A stretch of DNA of 64,000 bases, taken from positions 88,260,218-88,324,217 of the forward strand of contig NC_068989.1 in assembly GCF_001194135.2 (NCBI RefSeq), read 5' to 3'. The position numbers and the translations under genes are program-made. The stretch comes from Octopus bimaculoides (lineage: Eukaryota). Shown here piece after piece: positions 12,273 to 24,199 of this stretch. The stretch's first letter is position 1. Each line of letters opens with the position of its first letter. The notes below the pieces were generated by a model. It was not told the origin of the DNA. It saw nothing but the letters and a program-made list of their open reading frames with translations, and made no database searches.

Positions 12273-13074
12273 ATTAGACCTGTGCTCAAACATGTTCTAC
12301 GTATGACCATTCCATGTTTCAAATACTCAGGATTACATTGTCCAAAGTATCCCTCTTTTTTAAGACCATAAGATGGAATTTCTGATTTGGCTGTTATTAG
12401 TTTTAAACTTGATGTTCCTCAACAAAAGAAAGATTGGTACATAAAACTGCTTTGTGCAGTTAAGGGTGATGCAATTTCCGAATGGATATATCTGATTTCT
12501 GCAGTAAAGAAGGTTAACCCAATAATATGCTCCTTTCATTTAACTTGGGAAGTTACACCACATTTTTTCACAGTAAAATTAGACACTTTCCTGTACAGAA
12601 TTTAATTCTTTTGTTACACAAACAGCAAGCAACTAGTTTTTTGTTTTTTTTTTCAAAAATTATTTTACCTGCATTTCCTCCTCGTTATGAAATAATGGAT
12701 TTAAAATGTCTAGCGTTTTAGCAAATTTTGAAGATTTATCTGGGGTTGGACTGATTACTTTTACAACAGGATGCCCTGCCTACTGTTAAGCACTCAACCG
12801 TGACAGACTTGTTTGCTGTGAGAGCCACATAAACTTACATCACTCCCTAAACCCAGCTTGCTTTCTCACTGAATATGTTACCAAACAAATAAATTCTTCA
12901 ACTCACTCTGAGACTGACAATGGTGTGGATTTAACAACTAAAAAGCTGAGCTGAGTCAATAAAACAACTCTGAACAAAAGAATTAGCATGTTTACATCAC
13001 TCATTTACTAAAGCTAACCCCACCAAACATTTTTTAAAAACACTCTACTTACTCGCAGCATCATAGCTTCTACC

Positions 13075-13625
13075 TTTTACTTGTCTCAGTCATTAGAATG
13101 TGGCCACGCTGGAGCACCATTCTGGAAGGTTTAGCCCAGGGGTTCTTGATCATTTTTCACCCAATGGACCCCTTTCGTTCCTATTTTGTTCTACTAGCTC
13201 TCATAGCCATTCAGTGTTTAAAAAATTCCTACTGTTATCCAGTGTAGAAGTATAAACCAGTTTATTGCAGATAAATTTTAACAACAAAAATATCCTATTG
13301 ATCCCTAAGGGGGTTATGGACCCTGGTTGAGAGCCACTAATTTACTCGATCAAATTGACTCCAGTACTTAAATCTTATGCCTGGTACTTATTCTATCGGT
13401 CTCTTTTGCTGAACTGGTAGGTTATGGGAACATAAATGGCGGAAACAAACACAAACAGAAAGATAGACACACACACACACATGATGGGTTTCCACACAAA
13501 ATCCATCTCCCAAATTCACTCACAAGGCATTGGTTGGCCTGTGGCTACAGTTGAGAACCATTTGCCTAAGGTGCCATGCAATGGGATTGAATCCAGAACC
13601 ACTGAGTTGCAAAGCAAGCTTCTTA
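13075..13625 (-). mobile_element. SINE-B interrupted by a hAT MITE (13137-13339)
   Basis: The B tail is split by CAGGGGTTCTTGATC...GGTTGAGAGCCACTA; decayed 8-bp TSD GTTTAGCC/ATTTACTC; the MITE is related to the 3133-3602 copy. Confidence 0.8.
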
Positions 13626-13884
13626 GCCACACAGCCGTGCCTGCACCTTCTCTTTTCTCTTTTATTTATGGTTTGGAACAGAAAGAAGCAGTGCCTTTGA
13701 CTTTTTTCAGGGCCACTGAGACTGAAAGAGGAAAGATAGGAAGATCTTGATATCTCCAAGTCCATATGCGATCAACATACGGGAATCTCATTAAGGGACC
13801 TTCGGCTCAGATTGCAGTAATAAACAGGGCTGAGAATGACATAATGAGCGAAAAAAGAAGGGATTATATTCAAAGTTGTAATAA

Positions 13885-14055
13885 CTGAATTCCACATAAA
13901 AAGCACCCGGTACACTCTGTAAAGGGGTTGGTGTTAGGAAGGGCACCCAGCCATAAAAACCACAACATTGGAGTTCAATGCAGTCCTCTGGTTCACTGAT
14001 TCCTGTTGGACTGTCCAACCCATTCTGGCATGGAAAATGGATGTTAAGTGATGAG
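13885..14055 (+). mobile_element. SINE-A
   Basis: AAAAGCACCCGGTACACTCTGTAAAGGGGTTGGTGTTAGGAAGGGCACCCAGCC. Confidence 0.8.
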
Positions 14056-14169
14056 GAGGAGCAGGAGTTCACACACTCAGCATCTGGAGACAGAGGCATT
14101 GGTTCACAGTTGGTCAAGCTCATCCAAAACACTTCTCCCAGGTTAGTATTATTAATAACAGACATGGAT

Positions 14170-14510
14170 TGTACAACAACTATAGGAATTACTTTGGGGG
14201 GTCACCAGAACTGCTAGAAATAGCAGCCAAATCACTCTACAATTATACAGTACTTGAAAAGAGAGATCCTTCCCGAGTCATACAGACTTATAGGGCTGGT
14301 TTCCCACTTTCTGTAGCATATATGTTTTCCCCTTGGACAGGATGCTGGTCTGTCACAGGAAAACTCATTTTTTGCCAGCTGAGTGGACCGGATCAACGTG
14401 AAATGAAGTGTTTTGCTCAAAAACACAATGCACCATCTGGTCCAGGAATCGAACCTACAACCATGCAATCTTGAGTGCAACACACTAACCACAAGGCCAT
14501 GCACCTTGAG
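14170..14510 (-). mobile_element. SINE-D variant with CTAGAAATAGCAGCCAAATC segment
   Basis: GCCAGCTGAGTGGACC..TTGCTCAAAAACACAATGCA..GAATCGAACC..AACCACAAGGCCATGCACC. Confidence 0.8.
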
Positions 14511-14914
14511 ATACACATGGCTCAACACCATTTTGTCTGGAACACCTTTGAACATAGACCTGTTCAGTCAGAGTTGAACTGGGGTAAACAACAACATTCA
14601 AAATATATGGCTGAGCAACAATGTAAAGATTGACGTACAAGGTTGTACAAGGTTGACATACAGCAACCATACTGTGGTATGGCCCTACCAGAAAGATGAT
14701 GTTTAGAATTAAGTAGTGAGTAACCATTGAGAAAATTGACAGCTTGATTCCCTGAAAAAACTAGTGGAGTAATAAATGAAGATTTAATATGTTGTTAATT
14801 ATGAGTTAGTGAAATAATTCACAACAGTGCTGCCACAAATGACATTCTTCTCCCAGAAAATATGAATTATGGTGGTTTCTTTTCAATAATTTTTTCAGAT
14901 GTATGTATGGACAT

Positions 14915-15397
14915 GTGTGTGTGTGTGTGTGTGGTTAAGAAGTTTACTTTCCAACCATATGATTTCAGGTTCACTCCCACTGCATGGCATCTCGGGCTAG
15001 TCGTTTGCTAATGTGGCCCTGAACCAACCAAAGCCTTGAGAGTGAATTTCGTAGAGGTCACCTTACTGGTATTTGTGCCGGTGGCACGTTAGAAAATCAT
15101 TCGAGCGAGGTCGTTGCCAGTGCCCCTGGACTGGCTTCTGTGCAGGTGGCACGTAAAAACACCATTTTGAGCGTGGCCGTTGCCAGTATCACGTGACTGG
15201 TCCTTGTGCCAGTGGCATATAAAAGCACCCACTACACTCTCGGAGTGGTTGGCATTAGGAAGGGTATCCAGCTGTAGAAACTTTGCCAGATCAGATTGGA
15301 GCCTGGTGCAGAGTTCTGGGTTGCCAGCCCTCAGTCAAACCGTCTAACCCATGCCAGCATGGAAAGCGGACGTTAAATGCTGATGATGATTATATAN
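14915..15397 (+). mobile_element. SINE-B head joined to SINE-A with three hairpin sub-repeats
   Basis: B head to about 15050, then repeated GGTGGCACGT..TTGCCAGT..ACTGG units and the A tail. Confidence 0.85.
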
Positions 15398-15484
15398 NNN
15401 NNNNNNNNNNNNNNNNNNNNNNNNNNNNNNNNNNNNNNNNNNNNNNNNNNNNNNNNNTGTGTCCATGCTCTGATACTGTGTCGT

Positions 15485-15690
15485 TGTTGTAAATGAGTGT
15501 CACTGTCATACAAGCAAAATAATTCACTTCCAATCTTCTGCAAAAACATGTCTGGCATTGGGAGAAATATTGCCTTACTTGGAAACAGGTGAAGGTTGGC
15601 AACAGAAAGGGCATTGGTTATAGAAGATCTGCCTCCATAAACCCTTGCCAACCCAAGCAAGCATGGAAAAGTAGACATTAAAAATTATAA
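15485..15690 (+). mobile_element. SINE-F tail
   Basis: GGAGAAATATTGCCTTACTTGGAAACAGGTGAAGGTTGGCAACAGAAAGGGCAT..GCATGGAAAAGTAGAC; homologous to 32640-32790 and 33690-33905. Confidence 0.8.
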
Positions 15691-15703
15691 TGATATATAT
15701 ATA

Positions 15704-15838
15704 AGGGCATCCAGCTGTAGAAACTTTGCCAGATCAGATTGGAGCCTGGTGCAGAGTTCTGGGTTGCCAGCCCTCAGTCAAACCGTCTAACCCATGCCAG
15801 CATGGAAAGCGGACGTTAAATGCTGATGATGATTATAT
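15704..15838 (+). repeat. Exact duplicate of 15263-15396 (SINE-A 3' end)
   Basis: Identical ~135 bp including rare variants (GCAGAGTTCTGGGTTGCCAGCCC, AAATGCTGATGATGATTATAT), on either side of an N gap. Confidence 0.9.
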
Positions 15839-15841
15839 ATA

Positions 15842-15891
<50 letters not shown>

Positions 15892-16299
15892 TATAACATA
15901 TGTATATACATATGCATATAAATGCATATGTACAAACTTACACGCACATTTGTATGTGCATTAATAGATTTTTAATATTTCATGAAGTTAACTAGCATTA
16001 GGCATTTCTATTAGACTAATAAGCATGAATGAATAAATGTGTGTGTGTGTGTGTGTGTATATACACACGCACACACATATAAATAAGAGCCCACAATGTT
16101 ATTTATATTAACTTAGAGATAATACAGTACAGCAATGGAGGTAAAATGGGGGAAGAGAAGTGAGGAAGAATAAAGCACAGCTGATTAACCTTGCATAAAT
16201 TAAGACCGTATTGTTAATGAATGTCATTAGCAGTAACTAGCTTGACCTTTTTTTTTAATGCACAGTGTGTGTGTGTGTGCGTGTATATGTGTTATTTCT

Positions 16300-16522
16300 T
16301 TACTACCCACAAGGGGCTACACACAGAGGGGACAAACAAGGACAGACAAACGGATTAAGTCGATAATACCGACCCCAGTGCGTAACTGGTACTTATTTAA
16401 TCGACCCCGAAAGGATGAAAGGCAAAGTCAACCTCGGCGGAATTTGAACTCAGAACGTAGCGGCAGACAAAATACCGTTAAGCATTTCGCCCGGTGTGCT
16501 AACGTTTCTGCCAGCTCGCCAT
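16300..16522 (-). mobile_element. SINE-C, young-looking copy
   Basis: CGACCCCGAAAGGATGAAAGGCAAAGTCAACCTCGGCGGAATTTGAACTCAGAAC..GCTAACGTTTCTGCCAGCTCGCC. Confidence 0.9.
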
Positions 16523-17309
16523 GTGTGTGTTTCTGGAGGACTAGGTCAGTCCATGAACAGTATCTAAGACCGCCTCAAGGCAACGAGCTGGCAGAATGAT
16601 TAGCATGCCGGGCAAAATGCTTAGTGGTNNNNNNNNNNNNNNNNNNNNNNNNNNNNNNNNNNNNNNNNNNNNNNNNNNNNNNNNNNNNNNNNNNNNNNNN
16701 NNNNNNNNNNNNNNNNNNNNNNNNNNNNNNNNNNNNNNNNNNNNNNNNNNNNNNNNNNNNNNNNNNNNNNNNNNNNNNNNNNNNNNNNNNNNNNNNNNNN
16801 NNNNNNNNNNNNNNNNNNNNNNNNNNNNNNNNNNNNNNNNNNNNNNNNNNNNNNNNNNNNNNNNNNNNNNNNNNNNNNNNNNNNNNNNNNNNNNNNNNNN
16901 NNNNNNNNNNNNNNNNNNNNNNNNNNNNNNNNNNNNNNNNNNNNNNNNNNNNNNNNNNNNNNNNNNNNNNNNNNNNNNNNNNNNNNNNNNNNNNNNNNNN
17001 NNNNNNNNNNNNNNNNNNNNNNNNNNNNNNNNNNNNNNNNNNNNNNNNNNNNNNNNNNNNNNNNNNNNNNNNNNNNNNNNNNNNNNNNNNNNNNNNNNNN
17101 NNNNNNNNNNNNNNNNNNNNNNNNNNNNNNNNNNNNNNNNNNNNNNNNNNNNNNNNNNNNNNNNNNNNNNNNNNNNNNNNNNNNNNNNNNNNNNNNNNNN
17201 NNNNNNNNNNNNNNNNNNNNNNNNNNNNNNNNNNNNNNNNNNNNNNNNNNNNNNNNNNNNNNNNNNNNNNNNNNNNNNNNNNNNNNNNNNNNNNNNNNGG
17301 GGGGGGGGC

Positions 17310-17640
17310 GGATCATGTGTTGAAAGGAATTCTTTGGGGTTTGGATAATTCACCCTTGGAAACATGGGTGTTATGTTCAACATTCTTGAACAACCCTTAT
17401 TCAGGGACCTTTTGAGTGGGATGGGCTACAGGACCTGAAGAAAATTCTAACTGCAAGGTCATGCGCTGTTTACCTTGATATGAGATCACTAAGTTGTGCA
17501 CATATGGTTGTGATGCATGTGCCTGGTGTACCTTTATCGGTGGGTAGTCATGATGGGTATATTGGGTTTCGTATATTTTACCCCGGTGTCACTTTGGTGG
17601 CATGCACTGCTCTCTCACTCAATAATAACAATAATAACAA
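17310..17640 (+). repeat. Unclassified interspersed repeat ending in an (AAT/AAC)n tail
   Basis: Ends CTCTCTCACTCAATAATAACAATAATAAC, a retroposon-like 3' end; no second copy in the window. Confidence 0.4.
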
Positions 17641-17855
17641 TTTCCTACTATAGGCACAAGGTCTGAAAATTTGGGGAAGACAGGGATAGTTGATCATGTT
17701 GCTCCCCTGTGCTCAAACAGTACTTATTTTATCAACACTGAAGGATGAAAGGCTAAGCCGACCTCAGCAGAATTTGAACTCAGAACATGAAGATGAACAA
17801 AATGCCACTAATCCTTTTGTCCAGCATGCTAACAATTCTGCTGACTCGCCACCTT
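17640..17855 (-). mobile_element. SINE-C
   Basis: Family body and head in reverse. Confidence 0.85.
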
Positions 17856-18699
17856 GACCCATTAGTTGTCAAATAATTTAATTCACATTTTTTGGCTTTG
17901 CCAGGTGACATAGGAGTTAAAATAATATATAGTATTTAAATTTTCTTCATATGTGAATTATTTTGGAAATTATGATAAATTTTTCATAAAGTCCCAAATG
18001 GGGATCACTGAAAAAAAGTATATTTATCCTTTTCTATTCAATTGCAATAATTAACATTTTAGTTTTTGTTTTTAAACTATAGTATCAAATGCGAATGTGT
18101 ATGAAATATCAATGAATGATATAAATGTGAAATGCAAAAACAAAAAAAAAACGTTTTCGAAACAGTCAGTATTTTTGTAGTTCCCAATTTGCAATTTATG
18201 ATATAAAATGCCCTCTAGAATTAGCCAGAGCAAGAAATGACAAACTTTAACTACTAAATATTGTTACACACACCTCTGAAAATGCATCGTACATAAGCAA
18301 TTCATTTTAAATACAACAAACAACAGGCAATGAGACTGTTTTTAGCAGATCCCCAAACAGGGCTAATGGCAAGCAATGGGTTAATAATAATGATGATGAT
18401 GATGATGATGATGATGGTGATGCTTTCTTTTATTAGCCACAGGGTCATAGATGAGGAGAACATCAAAAAGACAATCAGCAATTTGTGTAGGGATTTACAT
18501 AAAATTTGAGGAGAAAGAAATGGAAAAGCAGGTGAAATGCAATAAAAGTATACATAATATGATGCAACCCTCCTGCCCATAGATTCACGGTTACCCTGAC
18601 CACCAAAGGCACAAGCCCTCTCCCAACTGTTGCTCCCCAATCTACAGGCACATGCTTAGAGTAGGGTAATTCATTCTAATCATGTTTTCCAGTCACCCA

Positions 18700-18960
18700 T
18701 CATCATCACTATCATCATTGTTTAATGTCCACTTTCCATGCTGGTATGGGTTGGACAGTTTGACTGAGGGCTGGCAAGAAGGCTGCACCAGGTTCCAATC
18801 TGATCTGGCAGAGTTTCTACAGCTGGATGCCCTTCCTAACGCCAACCACTCTGAGAGTTTAGTGAGTGCTTTTTACATGTCACCAGCATGGGAGCCAGTC
18901 AGGTGGCAGTGGCAATGACCATGCTCGAATGGTGCTTTTTATGTGCCACCAGCACGGGAC
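18700..18960 (-). mobile_element. SINE-A
   Basis: Family tail in reverse with one sub-repeat. Confidence 0.88.
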
Positions 18961-19381
18961 CAGTGTCGGAATTCCCTCTCTGCCCTCACTTTCCTTTCCA
19001 AGTGGAACATCAATAAACCACATTAAAGTGCGTTAAGGACCAAGTTCCTCCCCCCTCCACACACAAACACACACATTCTTCAGTAGATATGAAATTGATT
19101 TCTCTAATTTTTTTGCGCATTCAATAGGTTGGCAGCATATATTGAGCAAATTATTGAAGAAAAAGTAGCAAATCTAAGTGAAAGTCAAATAAGAAATAAA
19201 TAAAAATAAAATAAAGAAATGAAAATTTTTTTTTGAAATATCTACAAAAAATGCCCCCAAAAAACTAACAAAACTCTTATTAAAATGAATCTGTTAATGG
19301 TCAAACTTGCTATTGTGTTTCTATGTAGAGATAAATTCTTGTGCATGGAGATAGAGAGGGGGGGGCGCAATGTTTCCCAAC

Positions 19382-19591
19382 CTCTCCGCAAGTCTGCCAT
19401 TTTCAACTTTGAAATCATCAAAATCAATCAATAAGTTCAAAGTCAGTCAACTTAATTCCCATCCTTTACAAAAACCTTATTTGAAAAGATTGACAAGATT
19501 CCATTGATTTCAATTTTCTTCTCCACTTCTCCTCCTCCCTCCCACCTCTGTTCCTCCATCAGAACTATTTTTTCTTTCTTAAGGAAGATGA
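19382..19591 (-). CDS. Candidate alternative 5' exon: UTR plus ATG GCA GAC TTG CGG AGA G (MADLRR, ATG at 19400-19398)
   Basis: Acceptor ttttttttcgttcatctcag, AAAATGGC start context, weak donor GAG|GTTGGG; inside a ~1.1-kb SINE-free stretch. Confidence 0.25.
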
Positions 19592-19914
19592 CTGAGATGA
19601 ACGAAAAAAAAAAAATGGTTTCTAAAGATCACTTAAGGAATATTTCTCAGACATCATCATCATCGTTATTATTATTGCACAAGGTTTCTTAACAGGCCAT
19701 TTTAATTTAATAGTCTGGGCCGATCTTACCTCTAAAATTAAAAGGAAAAAGAGAGAGAAGGAGGGGAAAAAAAAAGAAAATTTCTTTAAAATAAAAAAAA
19801 TGAAATACAAGAAAGAAAAAAAATCCTACCGATAGTGTAAGTTAAATGGATGTATTTATTGAATTTCTAGATATTAAATTGATTTGCACAACTCTTGATT
19901 GATTCCTATAACAG

Positions 19915-19995
19915 ATCAGTATGAAAGACTGAGTGTACAAGAGTAAAAGAGAAAGTCAACAACTTGTATAATCAGACCTTTTGATTAGATTTAAG
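19915..19995 (+). ncRNA. Candidate non-coding exon of a + strand spliced transcript
   Basis: Upstream 78-nt intron GTAAGT(19837)...ttcctataacag(19914); downstream donor AAG|GTAAGG; stops in all three frames. Confidence 0.3.
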
Positions 19996-20214
19996 GTAAG
20001 GGCTCAAACCATTCTACTATGAAATTTACAATCAATTCAGAGAGAGAAAAAGAGAGAGAAAAAGAGAGAGAGGGAGAGAGAGATAGAAGCAGATTGTATA
20101 TGTGTGTGTATTAAGATATATTAAATGATATTATATTCTTCACTGGGAAGTTTTAATGCTTCAGGAAAGAAAAGAATATCAACATCTGTTTGCCTATTTA
20201 TGTCCCTGTCTATT

Positions 20215-20700
20215 ATACACTTCGCATGTCTACAAGCCTGTCTCTGTATGTCTACCAACCTATTTCTGTATTTACCAAGCCTTTCCATGTCTACCAAGCC
20301 CGTGTCTGTGTCTGCCAAGCCTTTCTGTGTTTTGTGTCTACCAACCTATTTCTGTGTTTACCAAACTTTTCTGTGTCTACCAAGTCTTTCTGTGTCTGCC
20401 AAGCCTTTGTGTACTTGCCAAGCCTTTCTGTGAATGCCAAGCCTTTCTGTGTTTGTGTCTACCAACCTATTTCTGTGTCTACAAGCCTGTTTCCGTGTTT
20501 ACCAAGCCTGTCTGTGTCTACAAACCCGTCTCTCTGTCTACCAATCTATCACTGTACCTACCAACCTCTCTGTCTTTGTTTACCAACCAATGTGTGTCTA
20601 CTGGCCTGCCTCTCTGTCTACCATGCCTGTCACTGTCTCTACCAAACCTGTATCTGTCTACCAACCCATCTCTGTTTATGTTATCAAACCAGTCCACGTT
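20215..20700. repeat. Degenerate minisatellite with 20-24-bp units (GTCTACCAAGCCTTTCTGT / GTCTACCAACCTATTTCTGT)
   Basis: Repeated CTACCAA/CCAAGCC cores are visible; stop-free frames arise from composition. Confidence 0.9.
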
Positions 20701-21094
20701 TCATGACAGAAGAGTTGTAAAACTGAGGCCATGAAAGCACATCCTTTATGCCCAAGCACCATTCCTGCACACAGTCTGCCCACCTACCCTTCTTCCCAAT
20801 GCCTCCAGTTCCCCATCCATTGAATCTCTCCCCTGCAACATATCCCCCTCCCTCTGCTTGTATTCACTCCTTACATTCCCTCCCTCTCTACCTTCCACTC
20901 TCCCTTCACAATCTCATGAACACACCCACCCTCTCCAACCCCTTCGGTCCACTCACCCCATACCCCCATCTCAATCACATTTTCACCCCCCTCTCTCTCC
21001 TCACATGAAGTAACCATGTGTTACCCTCTAATGCAAGACTCCTTTGTTTCTATCCCTCAATACAACTCCCCCATCCTCAGTTGAGGGGTTTTGT

Positions 21095-21330
21095 CCTGCT
21101 GCAAGTTACTTGGTGATCTCAATGCGGCTGGTGCTGTGTAAAAAGTACCCAGTATACTCTTTAAACAGTACTGGACATTATGAAGGGCATCCATCCATAG
21201 AAACCATGCCAAAACAGAAAGCAGGGCTTCATACAGTCTTCTGGCTTGCCACTTCCTGTTGAACTGTCCAACCCATGGCAGCATGGAAAACAGATGTTTG
21301 ATGATGATGAGGATGATGATGATGATGAAC
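21095..21330 (+). mobile_element. SINE-A, diverged
   Basis: AAAAAGTACCCAGTATACTC..GAAGGGCATCCATCCATAGAAACCATGCC..(GAT)n. Confidence 0.8.
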
Positions 21331-21379
21331 CTGTCCATCTGTGACCACCAACCTATCTTTGCTTGCATCTACTAACCTG

Positions 21380-22730
21380 TCTCTCTTCCTATTTCCCTAC
21401 TCCATCAACTGCAGCAGATCACAGCTGTAATACCACTGTCGTTGGTAGGGACTTAGTGGAGAAAAGGGTGCCTGACATAATCGAGGTGGCTATGAAGAAT
21501 GATAAAATTAGACTTAGCCTATGTGACAGGGGCCCTTATCCTCTTTCTGTGTACACCAAAAGGGAACAGATCAGTGAGGTCCTTGTAGAAGGAATATCAT
21601 CACAAATCGGAGCCCTTAATGGTGATATTAGACAAAAACCAATAGGAGAATAGGCGCAGAAGTGGCTGTGTGGTAAGTAGCTTGCTTACCAACCACATGG
21701 TTGCGGGTTCAGTCCCACTGCCTGGCACCTTCGGCAAGTGTCTTCTACTATAGCTTCGGGCCGACCAAAGCCTTGTGAGTGGATTTGGTAGATGGAAACT
21801 GAAAGAAGCCTGTCGTCATCATCATCATCATCATCATCGTTTAACGTCCGCTTTCCATGCTAGCATGGGTTGGACGATTTGACTGAGGACTGGTGAAACC
21901 GGATGGCAACACCAGGCTCCAGTCTGATTTGGCAGAGTTTCTACAGCTGGATGCCCTTCCTAACGCCAACCACTCAGAGAGTGTANNNNNNNNNNNNNNN
22001 NNNNNNNNNNNNNNNNNNNNNNNNNNNNNNNNNNNNNNNNNNNNNNNNNNNNNNNNNNNNNNNNNNNNNNNNNNNNNNNNNNNNNNNNNNNNNNNNNNNN
22101 NNNNNNNNNNNNNNNNNNNNNNNNNNNNNNNNNNNNNNNNNNNNNNNNNNNNNNNNNNNNNNNNNNNNNNNNNNNNNNNNNNNNNNNNNNNNNNNNNNNN
22201 NNNNNNNNNNNNNNNNNNNNNNNNNNNNNNNNNNNNNNNNNNNNNNNNNNNNNNNNNNNNNNNNNNNNNNNNNNNNNNNNNNNNNNNNNNNNNNNNNNNN
22301 NNNNNNNNNNNNNNNNNNNNNNNNNNNNNNNNNNNNNNNNNNNNNNNNNNNNNNNNNNNNNNNNNNNNNNNNNNNNNNNNNNNNNNNNNNNNNNNNNNNN
22401 NNNNNNNNNNNNNNNNNNNNNNNNNNNNNNNNNNNNNNNNNNNNNNNNNNNNNNNNNNNNNNNNNNNNNNNNNNNNNNNNNNNNNNNNNNNNNNNNNNNN
22501 NNNNNNNNNNNNNAATGACTGGAACAAGTAGAAGAATAAAAAGTGGAGGCAGTGTTATGTGAGAAGTGTGTGATACACAGAGGTGCAGAAGGGGATGTTA
22601 TGGAGGCCAAAGTGTGAGTGGTTTCATAGATGGTTTATAGAAGTAGAAGCCATTGGAGTAGCATTACAAGTGGGAAAGAGAAGAAACCATGTTGATGAGG
22701 GAATATTTATCGATCACTTAAGTAGCATTC
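21380..22730 (-). mobile_element. Highly decayed CR1-like LINE RT remnants, interrupted by SINEs and a gap
   Basis: Minus-strand WFLSNITIK..TDLFPFGV (cf. FLSxRxI..GVPQG) and VSSLSHL*CYSNG (cf. VASLSLFYRYYxG). Confidence 0.4.
21655..21985. mobile_element. SINE-B head (+) abutting a SINE-A (-) at a (CAT)n junction
   Basis: B head 21655-21815, then CATCATCATCGTTTAACGTCCGCTTTCCATGCTAGC. Confidence 0.88.
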
Positions 22731-23125
22731 TAGAGGGTCATAGCCATTGTCGTCATTATTTAGTAATAGACCTTTCCATGCTTGCATAGGTCAAACGGGG
22801 TTTGTTGAGGTAGATTTTCTATGGCTGGATGCTCTTCCTGTCGCCAACTCTCACTTGTTTACCCAAGCAAGGTAATATTTTCCATTGGCCAGATATGTTT
22901 TTCATGGAAGACTAGAAACAAACACCGATTGTACCCAAAACAAGGGTACTCACACACACACACATATGATTTCAGTTTTCATCTACTAAACCCACTGCCA
23001 AGTCTTTGGTCAGTCTGGGGCTATAGTAGAAGACACCTGCCTAAAGTGCTGCACAAAGTGATTGAACCTGAGATCACATGGTTGGGAAGCAAGCTTCTTA
23101 ACCACACAGCTGTAACTGCACCTAT
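22730..23125 (-). mobile_element. SINE-F tail plus SINE-B head
   Basis: TTCCATGCTTGCAT..CTTCCTGTCGCCAACTCTCACTTGTT..CAAGCAAGGTAATATTT, then a B head in reverse. Confidence 0.8.
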
Positions 23126-23534
23126 GTGGTGTACAAAATGATTGTGTGTAGCAGTAGCACCATTCCATGTTATAAACAGTGCTGCAACGTAAACCTTATA
23201 GATAGTCAGTAATTAATCACGGTTGCAGTATTTCCTGTTACTAAAAGGGGAATGTTAATTTTGGCAATGTTAGATGAGTGAGGAGGTCACCAAGTAAGGT
23301 CATTTAGAGATTGCAAGGATTCACATTTGTATCAACTTTGAAGGGTTTCAAGCAAGGGTTTTCAACCATATTTTTATCCATGGACTCCTTTGACTACGAT
23401 TTTATTCAGGTGGACCCCCATAGCCATTCGATGTTTGAAAACTAGTTTTCTAGAAATGTCTTTCCTCTGGGCAGCTCCTGCAGTTTCTATCAGGGGCAAA
23501 GTATCTCCAGCGTTTATTTCACCTATATATAACA

Positions 23535-23720
23535 TCATCATCATCATCACCACTTACTTCCCATTTTCCATGCTGGCATGGATTGGATGATTTGACAGGA
23601 TCTGGCAAGTCACAGGGCTGAGCTGAACTCCAGAGTCAGTTGTGGAATGATTTCTATGGCTGGATACCTTTACTAACACCAACCGCCTTCCAGTATGTAC
23701 TGGATGCATTTTTCAAGCCA
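23535..23720 (-). mobile_element. SINE-A, diverged
   Basis: Family tail in reverse. Confidence 0.75.
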
Positions 23721-24199
23721 CAACTGAGCTTGCCAAGTGGCCTGCAAGACAGAAAAGAACAGGAAAGCAAAAAAACCCCATTACTAAGAGAGAGGGGTGC
23801 TTTATGCTCGATGCTGAGAGACTAAAGTATGACAGGGGGAGGAGCACAGGTGTCTTGCTATAGAGGAGATATATGGCTGCGCTATATTACATAAGAGTGA
23901 GTAGAAACAATTGAGAAGATGAAGATAAAGAAAATGTCAGTGATGGTGTGTTAAAGCAACCCTTCAATGTATGAGAAGGTGAGCATAAGACAGGATATGG
24001 TCAGGTGATCATAGAAGGTAGGTAGTTTCGTAAGAAAGTGAGGGAAAAGTAACAGATGATTAGAGATGGGGGGCAAGGTAAACGAATTGAATGATGTACA
24101 AGGGTGGAAGTGCAGTTGTAGGGAAATATCAGTGTGGAGGTGTAAAGTGAGAGAGAAAGCAGTGGCTTAGGAAGGAGGACAGATCATAAGACAGGGGGA

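Noticed and set aside
12387-12721. ORFs MAVISFKLDVPQQKK.. (+) and ..FHNEEEMQ|gtaaaa (-)
   Set aside because: No matching acceptor in an open frame and no recognisable domain
20125-20734. Overlapping 90-190-aa Cys-rich ORFs
   Set aside because: Open in several frames at once because the minisatellite lacks stop triplets; no metallothionein- or keratin-like regular Cys spacing
21363-21653. Protein-looking 96-aa + strand ORF (..RDLVEKRVPDIIEVAMKNDK..)
   Set aside because: The opposite strand resembles decayed CR1 RT (WFLSNITIK..DLFPFGV); antisense frames of LINE RT are often open; no donor or homology recognised
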